Shown: positions 48,194 to 61,056, numbered from the stretch's first letter. The stretch: DNA of 64,000 bases from Lama guanicoe (GCA_013239625.1 MU054338.1:3681371-3745370); one strand, 5' to 3'. The notes: generated by a model from the letters alone, not told the origin. Numbers and translations: made by a program.

Positions 48194-49827
48194 GTGAGTG
48201 TTCCTTTTCCGTGTAGGGTATTTAGCATTTATTTTCTTTGACATTTTCTTTATATTTCTGTGTGTATCTTAGGGAGTTCCTGAGCTTAATTTGAGAAAAA
48301 TTGTCAACTTTTTCAAAATGTAGGCTCTGAACTTTAAAAAAAGAGCAAAAACAAAATTGAGAAAGTTTAAAAACTTTCCTTCGTGCTTTGTTCTGCTGAG
48401 AATTGTTGCTTTTTAATTTTTTTAACTAATTTTAAAATTTAGTTATGGAAGTGATTGGCTTTTTCCTCTGAATCAGGGCGTAGCAGTCCGTTACCATTGC
48501 CTGCCCTGAAGGTTTCAGCAGCTCTCCCCCCGTGCATTTCTAAACCCACACGTGGCCCAGCTTGCCTCTAAGCCCAGTGTCCTCCTTGCACAGTCCATTC
48601 ACTGTTTCCTTGCAGATGCTCCACAGAACCCAGAATCCACAAAGTACCAGGCCTTAGGTTCTTACCATTTCACTCTGCTTGCCATTGGGGTCATGGGCAG
48701 CTGTTGATGTTGTTATGTTTAACTTTTGACAGCCTTACAACTTTGATAAATAAAAGTCCAAGTCCCCAAGACTGCCCAGATTCCGAAATCAACTCGGGGG
48801 ACCACTGGACCCAGCATATGGGCTAAGATTGGCCTCTGATGCAGTGAGCATACACAGCCAAGTCACGCAGGGGAAGACACAGGCAGAGTCTGGAGGGAGT
48901 TCTGCAGGCTTCCTTGCATTCTCGCCTTCCCATGATGGCGCCCGCCGCAATGAAAATGCAGCAGCACGTGGGTGCTGCTTCTCCCCTGGCAGGCCCACTA
49001 GAGCCTTAGCTCCCCAAGGTTTTTGTACTCGGGGCTGATCACATGAGCACTCACCCGCTCCAGGCAAGTACCAAATTTCCTGACTCCCGGAAGGAAAGCA
49101 GGTGTTCAGCATCATTTGCATGGTCTGGGCACAGTGAACTGCCCTTACCAGTTAATTGTCAGCTAGGGCACCCTGAATGCTAGATTGTCAGATGACAGGC
49201 CATTTAAGCTCTTGAATGTTGTGGACCAGTTGCAAGCTGATGTTTCCTCTGTGGGGTTTTCATTTCAGTCTGCATGTGTTTGTACAAATATTTTACTGTG
49301 TTATAGTGTTTTTTTTCCTTATTTTATTTAAAAAATTGCTTATAAAATGGTAAAATGAAAGTGGGTTCAAGGTCCAGGATGGGTAGATCTCAAAAAATAA
49401 TAATAATGCAGTCTGCACAAATGTGGAATTCTCAAACATACCAGGAGTGGCCTCAGTTGGGCATCACTGCATGTTTAATTACAAAGGTAAAGGACAATAT
49501 TAAAAAATGTGTTTTGGATGCAAAAGACAAAGTTTAAAATATTTTCTTGATCTCCTGAAAACTTTCTGGGGAAAATACTCATTTCCATTTTGACTCTTGA
49601 AAGTACTCAATGGGTCATATTTTAGTAATAAACGGTAATGACGGTTGGTGACTTTGAATTACGATAAGCAAACCTGCAGTTTCTTATGGGAGAACACTTT
49701 GTTACCTGATGATTTCATTAAACGTTCATCTTCAGTTTTGATCTCACTGGGTGCTTAGACTTGGACACACCTGATTCTTCCTATTGTCCTTTCTATCTTA
49801 CCTTCTCCATGTTCCTTGATGGACCAG

Positions 49828-49934
49828 GTTTCCAAGAGCCAGGATCGCAAATCGGCCAGCAGAGAAAAGCGGTCTGTTGTGTCCTTTGATAAAGTCAAAG
49901 AGCCTAGGAAGTCCAGAGACTCGGAGTCCCGCAG
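49828..49934 (+). CDS. SAFB: SAFB coding exon 14
   Basis: [35 protein letters not shown]; 107 nt. Confidence 0.93.
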
Positions 49935-50954
49935 GTGAGTCAGATCCAGGAATGTTGGCTGGTTTGGTTGTTGCCCTAGACTGGTGATAACTGTGTCCTG
50001 GGAAGATGTTTTCTAAGTCCCCTGTGGGTGGAATATTGATTTAAACCTCTGCTCCTTTGGCTTTTAGTTCGTAGACTTCCTGTGCACTGGCTCTCTTCCT
50101 GTGGCTTTTTTCAAAGGATTTTCTCATGCAGATAGGCCCACCTCTTCCTGAAGATTCTGGGAGGTACCAACGGCAGGGAGATGGGATGCCTTCCTGGAGC
50201 AGTAGTGCTAGTTAACAGAACATACCAGATTTGCTCCAGAAGCTGTGAAAAGGGAAAAACAGTGGGACAGACCCAGTGAGATAGCTGAGAGGTCCTCATC
50301 CTTAAATCAGCCCAAGACAAGGTCCTCATAATTTTTAAAAAGTAAGTAAAAAATGGTATCGATCACACTGATTGACAGTTGATCTGTCTTGTCAAAAATA
50401 AAAGTTTACAATTTAAAAAATAAGAACCATTAGTAAAAAGTTTAGCAGAATAAGAATGAGAACAGGAGGCAGGGCATTGTTTTCTGTAGTGCACCATACA
50501 GAACTTCCTGCCAGAGAGGGACAGGCAGGGCAAAGGAAAGTGCAGTTTGGGTGAATTAATTGGCAAAACAGATCAGCGAAGCTGACCCATGTGCATGCAG
50601 TAATTTGACACAATAAAAGTGACATTTCCAACTGGTGAGAAAAGGACGAGCTGCCCCCCAGAACGGCTTCAGGTCACTTGGCTGTTTCTCTGGACAGTCC
50701 TTTGGGGTTCTGGCTCACATAACTGACAAAGCAGTCAGTATAGCTGGTGGCTGAATGTCAAAGTGAAAACTAAAGTTACCTGTATAATGTGAAGTAAAAT
50801 TTTTATTTATGAATTTGAGCTTTGAGAGACCTGAACATTTTTAAAGGAGAAGTAGGCTAGATCACAATTTAACTTCTATACAATGAAAGACCAAAGAGGA
50901 AGTCCAAAGACTTATAACAAATGAGCATAAAGGTGCTTTAAAATAAATAAGCAG

Positions 50955-51060
50955 TGGGAATGGTATAGCTCAGTGGCATTGTGTGCTTAGCACACCCAAT
51001 CCCCAGTACCTCCGTTAATATAAATAAATAAATGAGACAAACCTAATTACCTTCCCCCCG
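50955..51060 (+). mobile_element. tRNA-derived SINE (internally deleted) inside an old L1 fragment
   Basis: GGTATAGCTCAGTGG...AATCCCCAGTACCTCC...CCTAATTACC; flanked by repeated TAAAATAAATAAGCA. Confidence 0.8.
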
Positions 51061-51975
51061 GGGGAAAAAAGATTAAAATAAATAAGCAAACAACCTGATA
51101 GGAAAGTGGACAGAAGGCAGTTCACAGAAGGGGCTGTATACATGGTCACAAAACATGAAACGTCATTCAGCCTCACCGGAGATCAGGGACACGCAGATGA
51201 AAACAGCAGTGAGGCTAGTTTCCATCCGTCAGTGTGATCTGGGTTACAGCGTGCGGAGCTGGGTGCTCGTGGTGGCGGGAGAGGGGTGTTCGTGGGCACA
51301 GCCACCTGGAGAGAAGTCCCACAGCAGCACAGCCTTCTGAATCCTGGTGTCCCAGCAACAGCACTTACCCCAACCTGCCTGAAGGGAACTGCGCTCAAGA
51401 AAGTGGGGGCGAGGGGCCGTTTCCATAAGGCTGGGAACCACCAGAAGGCCCACGCCTGCCTGTAGTTCTGTAAATCGTGGCCTCTCCACTCCAGGGGCTT
51501 TTCCCTGGAAGCTTGCCATACATTTGTAGAGATGGGGACACGCAGGGCCCAGGACATGTTTCTTGAACTGAGGAAGCTGCAGTCGTTTTTGTCCAAGATG
51601 CAGAAACAAAGCAGGGCAAGATTATACGTTTCTGCTGGTACCGTTGTGTCTGTAAGTGCAGAGCAGAGCACAGGGTGGACCTGGCAGCCGTCTTATCTGG
51701 CATGCACATGAACACTGGAGGGATGCGCCCTGGGCGCCATCAGTATTGCTGGCGTAAGAGGGGCTGTCTGTGCCCTCGGTCTGGGCGGGGCCTTGCTGCG
51801 CGCCACCGCTCAGCTGCCCTGGCCCTTGGTAGTTGCAAGGTCTAAAAGGATCTGCAGGTCTCGGCTTCCTAGGCGGAGCCGGGGCTCTGCAGCTATAAAG
51901 CTCACCCGCCTGGGAGAGGCCATCCGCACTGCCGCTGCCCGCGGGCCCCTGCAGCTGCTACTCTCCCGCCGGCAG

Positions 51976-52266
51976 GGTGCGCGAGCGCAGCGAGCGGGAG
52001 CAGCGCATGCAGGCGCAGTTGGAGCGGGAGGAGCGCGAGCGGCTGGCCATTGCCCGGGAGAGGCTGGCCTTCCACAGACACCGCCTGGAGCGGGAGCGCA
52101 TGGAGCGCGAGCGGCTGGAGCGCGAGCGCATGCACGTGGAGCACGAGCGCCGGCGCGAGCAGGAGCGCATCCACCGCGAGCGCGAGGAGCTGCGGCGCCA
52201 GCAGGAGCTGCGCTACGAGCAGGAGCGGAGGCCGGCTGTGCGCAGGCCCTACGACGTGGACGGCCG
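51976..52266 (+). CDS. SAFB: SAFB coding exon 15 (Glu/Arg-rich coiled coil)
   Basis: [30 protein letters not shown]...[13 protein letters not shown]; 291 nt; donor GTAAGC. Confidence 0.96.
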
Positions 52267-53340
52267 GTAAGCCACGCTGCTGCGAGCAGCCGCCACGTGG
52301 GTGGCCTGTGGTGTTTAGAACTGTGCTGTGGTCCCTAGAATCCTGTTAACATGCAATTTATATTTAAAAGGAAGCGCTGGTGCGTGCTACAGCTGTTCAA
52401 TCTCCTGTGCTTCATCCAGGAATCTGAGATGGTTTGAGATCAGTGGAGAAATGGTTGGATAAAGTAGTGCTTATTAATCATTAGGTTCAAGTCCCAGCAC
52501 AGACCCCACCTTGAGGAAGGAGTTTAGGCACCCAGAGCAGCACATAACACGAGTGCTGGGCAGGTGGCCGGTGACCAGAAAGCACCACCTTCTGGGCGCC
52601 TTCCAGCTTTGTAATCATTGCAGTAATTTGTGTTTGTTCATTCTAATTCCCCCAACATGCTGGTGTGACATACCAATACTAAAATGCTAACCCACATTAA
52701 CCCATAGCAGACCTATTTCAGACCTTACTGTCAGGAGTTTGGGGTAATAATCCTAGCACTGAGCCTATCAAAGCTCTTCTGGATGCATGTTTGTTTTAAC
52801 CTTCTGTCTACTGCGTGGGTTAAAGAGGTCCCCATGTAATAGAACAGTGAGACTTCTGTAAAAGGGCTTTTAGTCTATCTTAGAACTTTTTATGCTTTTA
52901 TACAAAGTACTGATATGGGAGTCTGTTATGGGCATAAATGTTTTGAAACTATGTTTCAAGTGATTCTAAAAGTCCTCCCCACTGGGTGTCTTTGCTGGAT
53001 CAAGTCTGCATTGGGACAAAAGAGATAGCTGTGCATTCACTGTTCTCGTGGCCTTGAGAGGTTCCCAGAGGTGATCTGCTGATGCACACGTGCGCTTGCC
53101 CACTTGACTGATCACCTCCTATTAGGGAGACGTAAGCTCTTCTGTGAGGGGAGGCAGGGCATGTTGGGTAAGACAGAATGGAGTCTTTGAGTCAGATCCC
53201 ACCTCACCCCTCCAGGCTCTGTCAGCTTGTGTAGCAGAGAATATGCTTCACTGATAGTCCCCCTTCTGTGAAGTGATGGGGGCCAGGGACAGTTTGAGGG
53301 TTTAGTTACGCACATACTCCGTTCTTGCTTCCCTTCCCAG

Positions 53341-53478
53341 GCGAGACGATGCCTACTGGCCGGAAGCTAAGCGGGCTGCCCTGGATGAGCGCTACCATTC
53401 TGACTTCAACCGCCAGGACCGCTTCCATGACTTTGACCACAGGGACCGGGGCCGCTACCCTGACCACTCAGTTGACAG
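53341..53478 (+). CDS. SAFB: SAFB coding exon 16
   Basis: [45 protein letters not shown]; 138 nt. Confidence 0.95.
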
Positions 53479-53707
53479 GTCAGCCACCGACCCTGCCCGC
53501 TTGATGCAAGTTTTCTTTGTCCTTATTCATTATTATGATGAAGAATTTGGGTAACCTTTCTAGGCTCTAGGCCTCTAGATTGCAAGCCCACTTGATCCAG
53601 CGGCGTGTGTGAATTATCTGGGTTCAAATTGGGGTATGTTTTCCTTTTGAAAATCTAACCAACCTATCTTCCTCTCCTTATGGTTTCATTTAAATTGCCT
53701 TTTTCAG

Positions 53708-53750
53708 GAGAGAAGGTTCAAGGTCAATGATGGGAGAAAGAGAAGGACAG
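53708..53750 (+). CDS. SAFB: SAFB coding exon 17
   Basis: REGSRSMMGEREGQ; 43 nt; donor GTAAGT. Confidence 0.93.
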
Positions 53751-56106
53751 GTAAGTCAGAAGCTACAGTTACAGCCACGGTTTTCCCCACAGAGTTGGCT
53801 CTCTTCTCTCCTGCATGCTTCTGCCTCCTCCATCTGAGTTAGGACGAACGAGTGAGGAAGTGCGGCAGCTGCGACGTTTGTGGAGTAACACAGTGAATGG
53901 TTTGTGCTCGGTCTTGGCCCAAAATCCAAACAGACATTCGGAAGTTTTGTTGGGCCTTGACCCTGAGATTCTGTACACTTAGTGGCTACACCAGTGCTGA
54001 AGTGCTGGGGAGCCTGGCAGGAGTCTGGCGGGCTCTGTTGGAAAGTGCTTTGCGACCCACAGTGCTGCCTAGAGGCCACGCCTCATGTTGTGGAGTCCAG
54101 GTGCGTCTGGAGCCTCAGTGGGCGCCAGTCAGCCCAAGCCCGCTGAGCCCTGGGAAAGACCTGAGCTGGGCTTGTGTGCCTGCTCCTTGCAGGATTAACA
54201 CATTAGGAAATAAGCTCAGTTTTCTCCTTTTCTCCTGTCTTACATTTAGATTGAGAACTTCCTCAAAGAGCCTTGACTCTTTAGTGGCTTTTCTTGGAAA
54301 ATCAGAGGAATAGGAAAGGCTGTGGTCAGGGCATTGTTCTGACAGAACCGCTAGCCTGTGAGTCATTCCTTTCCCTGACTCGATGTTTCGATCTGTCCTC
54401 CTCCCTCAGCTCCTGAGAATGTGGCTAGAGATTACGAGGCTCCTTGGCTACGCCTAAGGATTCTCTGCCGCCTGGGGAGTAATTGTTTACCCCTCACGTG
54501 ATTCCTTTTTTTCTGCTCCTGGACGTAAATCTTACATGCAACTAAATCTAGACTTAGTCTCCTGGGTTTCCTTTGGTGGAGACGTTGAGCACCGTGGTTA
54601 AATGTCCAGGCTCCAGAACCTGGACCAGGGTCATATCTTGGTACCAGCAGTTCTGCTGAGCCTGTTTCTCCAGCTGTGAAATGAGGGTGATTGTTCCTAC
54701 CACCTAGGGTGGCAGGAGTTAGGGGTGATGCACGTGTCTGCCCAGACCTTCCTAATGCTCTTAATCATTGTTAGCTCCATTTCACATGATTAGGTAGTGC
54801 TCTCTCCCCTGAAACTCCCAGGGCGGTTTTCTCACATCCATGATCATAAATAAGGCACAAACAACAAAGGGTGACACGTGGTACATGGGGCAAAGCAGCA
54901 GTGACAGAACTAGGTCTTGCTGAGGTGAACTTCTCTACTTTAAATGCCTCTCTGTCCAGTTTGGAGTCTTCAGAAGGCTCTTGATAAAAGGTCGTTCTTC
55001 AATCATGAGCTGTAATTTTTTAAAGCCCTACATGCCTTGAAGGTTGTTGGTAGAACTATTTTGGGAGTCCTGTTTGAGCAGCCCTTGTTATATTTGGCAG
55101 CACTGACTTTCATGGACACGTTGGCTTGGGATTTCACTCCTTAAGGAGCACTGCTCTATTTTGTCCGTCTTGTAAAATTGACCCCCGTTTCTTGTGTGGA
55201 GGGAGGTGTCGGCACACATTTGGAGGAGCAGGTGGCAGTGCTGCCCAGCGCGCTGAGGTCCAACGCTGAGGGCTCCTGTCCGAGCCTCTGTGTCAGAGCG
55301 TGCTGGCTGAGCAGACGGTGACAGGGCGGCTGCAGGGGTCCTCCTCAGGGCTTCACTACCAGGACTCCTTTCTCCTTCCTCCTCACTCCTCACTTAGAAC
55401 AGAATCTAGGGGGAAAGCCCCAAGGCCACAGGTTGGGTTTGTGGAACCGTGAGAGCACCAGGACGATAGCCACCTCACCTGGACCTTCCAGTCAGCTGGC
55501 AGGAGCAGGCTTTGGGTGAAAGGAAAGGAGTGGACATTTATTTAAACAGACTGAGGCTTCCTCTTCCATCCTCCCAGGGTTGGGCCCCCCGAGGCCTGTG
55601 CTGGCCTCGCAGTTCTCAGGGCAGTGCCGCAGAGTAGGCCGGTGGGCTGCCACGGGGTGCATCCTGGGCAGTGCAGGGACAAGATGTCAGGCCCTGAAGT
55701 GAGTTGTGTCAAGGGATCCTTGGTGGCCCTTCTGCTTTGGTGGCTCTGTGCAGCTTGTAATTACATTCTAAACACGAGCACCTGGCAGTGTGGGCCGTGC
55801 CTGGTGTGGAGCAGTCACTCAGCCCCAGCACCCCTCAGTCTGTCGGTGCCTGAATCTTCTGACTGGGGAGACCCTAGTCCTGTCTTCTCCCCATGCCATG
55901 AGCAGACTTCGGGGGTGCAGCCGTGTTGTGCCAGGTGAAATGGCCTGTGTGGCTTCAGACAGGGTGCAGGATGCCTACCGGCACTGCCTTGGGCCTGCAC
56001 GTGCTTCTCTCTGAGTTACCATCCATCGTCATTAGCTTGTTGACCCGAAGGCCCTGGGATCCGGGGTTGTACTGATGCCTTTTCATTCTGACCCTTTATC
56101 GTCTAG

Positions 56107-56225
56107 CACTACCCCGAACGCCACGGAGGACCAGAGCGCCACGGGCGGGACTCCCGCGATGGGTGGGGCGGATACGGCTCTGACAAGAGGATGAGCGAGG
56201 GCCGGGGGCTGCCTCCTCCACCCAG
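56107..56225 (+). CDS. SAFB: SAFB coding exon 18
   Basis: [39 protein letters not shown]; 119 nt. Confidence 0.94.
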
Positions 56226-56547
56226 GTTTGTGTCTCACACCGCACAGTGTCCACGCAGGCCTCACACGCAGCTGGCAGGATCAATCTGTGCAGCCCAGGA
56301 TCCCTGGTCTCAGGGATGAGCTGAGTGCAGGCCCTGCAGCCCAGCACACTCACCAGGGCCCAGACTGCCTCTGAGCTCTCTGAGCAGCATCAGACCCAGA
56401 GCCAGTTCCGCTCCCCTGCACCCACCACTGCTCAGAGGGCTAGGGGGCTGGGGTCACGGAATGCTAAACCCACCCTCCAGAACCCAGCATGTTGCTGTTC
56501 TGAAAGGCAAATGGGGGCAATCCAAGTCAGAGATGTCTTTTTCCAAG

Positions 56548-56654
56548 GGGCAGACGTGACTGGGGGGACCATGGCCGAAGAATAGAGGATGATCGTGCAT
56601 GGCAGGGCGCCGCCGACGGAGGCATGATAGACAGGGACCACAAGAGGTGGCAAG
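56548..56654 (+). CDS. SAFB: SAFB coding exon 19 (alternative acceptor at 56554)
   Basis: (GR)RDWGDHGRRIEDDRAWQGAADGGMIDRDHKRWQ; both acceptors keep frame. Confidence 0.9.
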
Positions 56655-56839
56655 GTGAGGACTGGCACTCAGCACGGGCACCTCTGGAGAGACACCTGGA
56701 AAGCTGATGTTGCACCTGCTCGTGAGGGCACACGGCCTTGCTCCTTGTGGCCTGGGGGTGGGGCTGAGGTCTGCCACAGGAGAGGTGTCGTGGGTGTCGC
56801 AGTTTCTCTCCACCGTGACAGCAGTGTCTGTTCTTGTAG

Positions 56840-56906
56840 GTGGCGAGAGAAGTATGTCTGGTCACTCTGGGCCGGGTCACATGATGAACCGGGGAGGCAT
56901 GTCGGG
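56840..56906 (+). CDS. SAFB: SAFB coding exon 20
   Basis: GERSMSGHSGPGHMMNRGGMS; 67 nt. Confidence 0.93.
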
Positions 56907-57118
56907 GTAAGTCTGGTCTTTGCATGTGGGCTGCCTTGGTGAAGCTCTAGGCAGTCAGGCCTTCCCACCTGGATGTCCCTGCTGCTGAAACAGTGCAGGT
57001 CTGTTTCCTGGTGCTGCTGCTGCTGCTCCAGAGGGAAGCCAGCCCTGGAGGGCAGGGCGCAGGCCAGAGCCCACAGACTGGTGCCATGTGGGCCGATCAG
57101 AATCCACCTTTGTTCCAG

Positions 57119-57248
57119 GCGCGGCAGCTTTGCCCCCGGAGGGGCCTCTCGGGGCCACGTGATCCCGCGCGGCGGCATGCAGGGCGGCTTCGGGGGCCAG
57201 AACCGGGGCAGCAGGCCCAACGATGCCCGCTTCACTCGCCGCTACTAA
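57119..57248 (+). CDS. SAFB: SAFB last coding exon (RGG/Gly-rich C-terminus)
   Basis: RGSFAPGGASRGHVIPRGGMQGGFGGQNRGSRPNDARFTRRY-stop(TAA). Confidence 0.96.
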
Positions 57249-57398
57249 GTGCTTGGAATCCTGTGTTACGTCACGTGGCAACCAGAACATGTCCTGTTAG
57301 GAGTTACCTTAAACTGTGTACAATAATTTTTTTTTATCTGCTGCCATATTGTAGCTCAATACAATGTGAATTTGTTTTTTGTTTTTTTGGTTTTTTGT

Positions 57399-57404
57399 AA
57401 TAAA
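57399..57404 (+). terminator. SAFB: SAFB polyadenylation signal
   Basis: AATAAA ~150 nt after the stop, preceded by U-rich/TGTA elements and followed by T-rich sequence. Confidence 0.85.
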
Positions 57405-58499
57405 TGTGTTTCTGTTCACATACCCTTTATTTATTTAAAGTGTCATCTCTTTATTTCCACCTCTTTAAGTAAAATGGAATTATACTCATCAGTGCTAAGC
57501 CACAGCTCTTCCTTCAGTGAAGGAGGATGGAAAGGGGCAGCTTTCAGGGACTGTTGGGGTTTCCAGAAGCACTTTGCCAACAGCACACACTTACCAGCCT
57601 GCGTGAGCCCAGGCCCAGAGTTCATAGGACCTTCTGGGTCGTGTGTCAGCCACCTGTCCCTCCTCCATGGCCTTGAGATGTTTCCATTGCCCCACCTCCA
57701 CATCTAAGACTCGCGGCCTTCAGTGGCATTATGTACATTCTTGATGTCTTACAACCATCCCCACCATCATATCCAGAACTTACTTATCTTCCCAAACTGA
57801 AACTGCGCCCATTAAACACTGACTCCCTGTCCTCTCCCCCAGCCCTTGACACCCACCACTTACTTCCTGTCTCTGGATATGGCTCCTCCAGGGATCTTCT
57901 GAGTGGAATTGCATCCTAGTGGGGAAGATGTGACCAGGTGTGGTATAAGGGAAGGAGAAGAGCTGTTGCCACCAGGAGGTAATGGGGTCCCCTAGGGGAG
58001 GGGAGGGCCCAAGTGGTAGGGGAGTTGTCAGGACAGGAGTTGGGAGGGGGGTCTCCACTTAAGGTGCAAGGCAGGTGCGTTCAGGGACCAGGTGCTGCCT
58101 GGACTCCCAGGGGAGGGGGTCTGCGTTTTCTGGTTGAGGCGGTGTGCTTGTGGGGACGGTGGTGTCCTGTCTCCAGGGTCCTAGTGGCTACGTGGATGGG
58201 GTGGAGGCAAGCCTACCCTACAGGGTTAGAGTGGCCACAGACCTGCCCCTTGGCTCCATGGAAACAGGCCGGTCGCCTCCCCTCTCTGGGGTTCATCTCT
58301 CACACGTTCAAGTAGGATCTGCCCTGTCTGAGGGGTGTGATGCACCAACAACCAAGGCTGCCCGGGCCCCTGTCCCCACAGGGCCCACAGCCAGGGAGGG
58401 ACACAGGCCCAGGCCCTTACATCTGTTGGCTCAACAAAGCCCCGCTCCACCAGGCCAGGCTCACCCCAGACCCAGTCCCTGCAGCCCATGTACACACAC

Positions 58500-58825
58500 C
58501 TCGCGGGGCAAAGGGGACGCGGCAGGTGGAATTCAGTCAAGGACCTTCATGTGGGAGGTTATCTGGGGTTGGCCAGGTGGATCCTGTGTTACCAGAAGGG
58601 TCTTTACAAGAGAAATGGGGAGACAGGAGGGCCAGGGGTGGAGATGCAAAGAGAAAACTACCCTGCTGCCTGTGAAGACGGGGTGGCAGTGGGGGGTGGT
58701 GAGCCGCAGGCCAAGGGTCACAGCAGCTTCCAGAAGTCGGAAAAGGCAGGGAATGGTAGCCTCCCATCCCTCCCCCCAGAGCCTCCAGGAGGAACCAGCC
58801 CTGCCCATCCTGGATTTCAGCCTGG
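58500..58825 (+). mobile_element. MaLR LTR fragment (MLT1-like), followed by a MER20-like piece to ~58990
   Basis: GGCAAAGGGGAC...AAGGGTCTTTACAAGAG...CAGAGCCTCCAGGAGGAACCAGCCCTGCC. Confidence 0.7.
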
Positions 58826-61056
58826 ATTTCCAACCACCTGGGGTCATTCTGTCCCCTGAAGACCTCTGGCTGTACCAGGAGACATTTGTGGTTGTCATGA
58901 GAGGGGGTAAGGAGGTGCCGCTGGCGTTTGGCAGATGGAGGCAGGGATGCTGCTCTGCACCCTGCCATGCCTGGGACGGTCCCCCGTGTCAGGGATGCTG
59001 AGCTGCAAGTTTCTGCCCCAGGGTGGTGGGCGCTGTGGGTACACACCAGGCACCGAGGAGGCCCAGAGAAGGCGCTCGGGGAAGGAGCTAGGGGAGGCTT
59101 CCTGGAAGAGGGGGCAGCTAAGCTGAGGGCGGGATGAACAGGATTCAGCCAGGAGGAAGGATGGCTGATGGAGGGGGCGCAAACTGGTGGGCAAAAGCTG
59201 GTGGGGAAAACCAGCTGCATTCTGGGAACTGAGGGCCGCCAGTCTGTCCAAGAATGGAGGGGAGGAGTGGGCTCACGAGGAGGGCAGTGGAGAGCCACGC
59301 GCGTTTGAGTAAGGCGGTGACATCGTCAGACTTGGTCTTCGGAAACAGGAGGAGGGGGCAGGCCTGGAGGTGGTCTTGGCGCTGTTAAGAAATACAAGTC
59401 AGTAGAGAGGGATTGGGGTCTGACTGGACGAGGGGACAGAGGCAGCTCTGGTCTCCAGACAGCAGGGAGAGCTGTGGGGCCAAGCAGAGCCGGCAGCTGA
59501 CCCTGGGCACCTGGGTGCAGGCTGTGGTCAGTGACCAGCCACCAGAGTCTGGGGTCAAGTTTTCCAGGAGGGCCAGGTACAACCCCAGGGCAGCTCCTGG
59601 ATTTCCTGCAAGGCTGGTTTCCCTTTCCTGTGTGCTCCACTGTGCCAATATTGGGCTGCTAAGGGTTGTTCAAGGCAGGTGGCATTGGCAGGTCTCCCCC
59701 TCCCTCCATAAAATGGTAACAGTAATAATGGGAGGGTTTAAGTTCACACCCTGGGCTCTGGGCAGATAGAGGGGACCAGGAACCTGGTGGGGCAAGTTTC
59801 TCCTGTAAAATGGGCCCATGAGGCTGCTGAAAGGGCTCAGTGGATAGTCAGGCTGGGGTTAGTCACAGGGCTTGCCCTTGAACCCGAGCTCACCTCCAGG
59901 CCTCCGCAATGGCCAGCACCAGCTCCATCCTGGGCAGCAGAGGATCAGGGACAGTCCCCGGCCTGGCCTATCCAGGCCTCATCTTAGACATGCTCCACAG
60001 AGGTCCAACAAGGACAGGGGCCTGTGGGACCCAAGTGGCTTCCAGGTGACGTGCTGGACATGGGAGACCCACCTGGAGACCAGGTCACTCAGGGCTCTCC
60101 CTCCCCTGCCCCTACCCCTACTCCTCCCTTGCCAGAGGGATGGACAGACAGGTGCTGGCTTCTACTCCCAGGGAAATGCCCGGCCTCTGGCCTCTGCTTC
60201 CCTCAACTGAAACACTGCTGTCCCCTCCTGGCTCATGGCCCTGGGTGGGCTGTCTCCTACATCAAATGACATAAAGCCCAGAACTTTTAGGAACAGAGGA
60301 TCTCCTGCATTTTCCAGGCCAGTTCCCTGCTCCGGGGAGCCTCCTGGGCCGGCCTCTGGCTCCCATCCAAGCCCACCTCCAACCTAGTCTGGGGCAGAGG
60401 TTTCCTCCTGCTGTCACCGTGGTGGGATGCTCTCTGTGGCTGGAAGCTGGGGGCCTCACAGGGAGCCTCTCAAGGGCAGACCCTCCCTGCAGCTCCAGTC
60501 GGATGGAGAGATGTTTAGGTCAGCAGGTAGCTGACCCTGTGAGGGACGGGGGTGTCAGAGGTGGCTTCCCAAGGGAGCAGGGGCCGTCTGGAGGACAGGG
60601 CCTTATCGGTCAAGGAAACTCCCTGCACGGCATGGCCACCAGACCATGACCCCAGGAATCCCCAGGTTGTGCGGAGGGGGTGCAATGAGAGTGGACACAG
60701 GGCGCAAGCAGGGACTAGACTAGGCAGGCAGACCAGTGAGCTGAGCAGGACAGAGAATCAGCAGCTGCAGGGGCTCCTGGTGGTGTAGATCAGCCCTCAC
60801 CCGCAGACTGCCCTGCTCTGGGCTCAGCCCTCTGAGAACTGAGGAGACCACCGACCCAGGTGGGCCCTCAGCACTTTCTCAACCCTTCCCAGGGCTGCTG
60901 AGCACTCCCCACGCCAGGTCCAGGGCCCAGGGCCCAGGGCCCAGGTGAAAAGGTGAGCCTCGGCCTTCAGCTAAGGTCAGTCCCTAAGGAGCCCCCAGGA
61001 GGCAGAAGCCCACACCACCGGGGCCAGCACACGGGTTGGGGAACACTTCCAAGTCC

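Noticed and set aside
51793..52349. Alternative-frame and antisense ORFs over exon 15 (RS-like repeats)
   Set aside because: By-products of the repetitive GAGCGC coding of the Glu/Arg region
24593..57248. Calling SAFB a pseudogene
   Set aside because: Only one lesion, located in a repeat prone to misassembly; the other 20 exons and splice sites are intact
58144..59298. 285-aa and 253-aa ORFs between SAFB and MICOS13
   Set aside because: Run through MLT1-like and MER20-like repeats; no recognisable domain or exon structure
60920..60945. (CCAGGGC)n short repeat past the MICOS13 poly(A) site
   Set aside because: Three to four copies of a 7-mer in GC-rich DNA; no evidence of function
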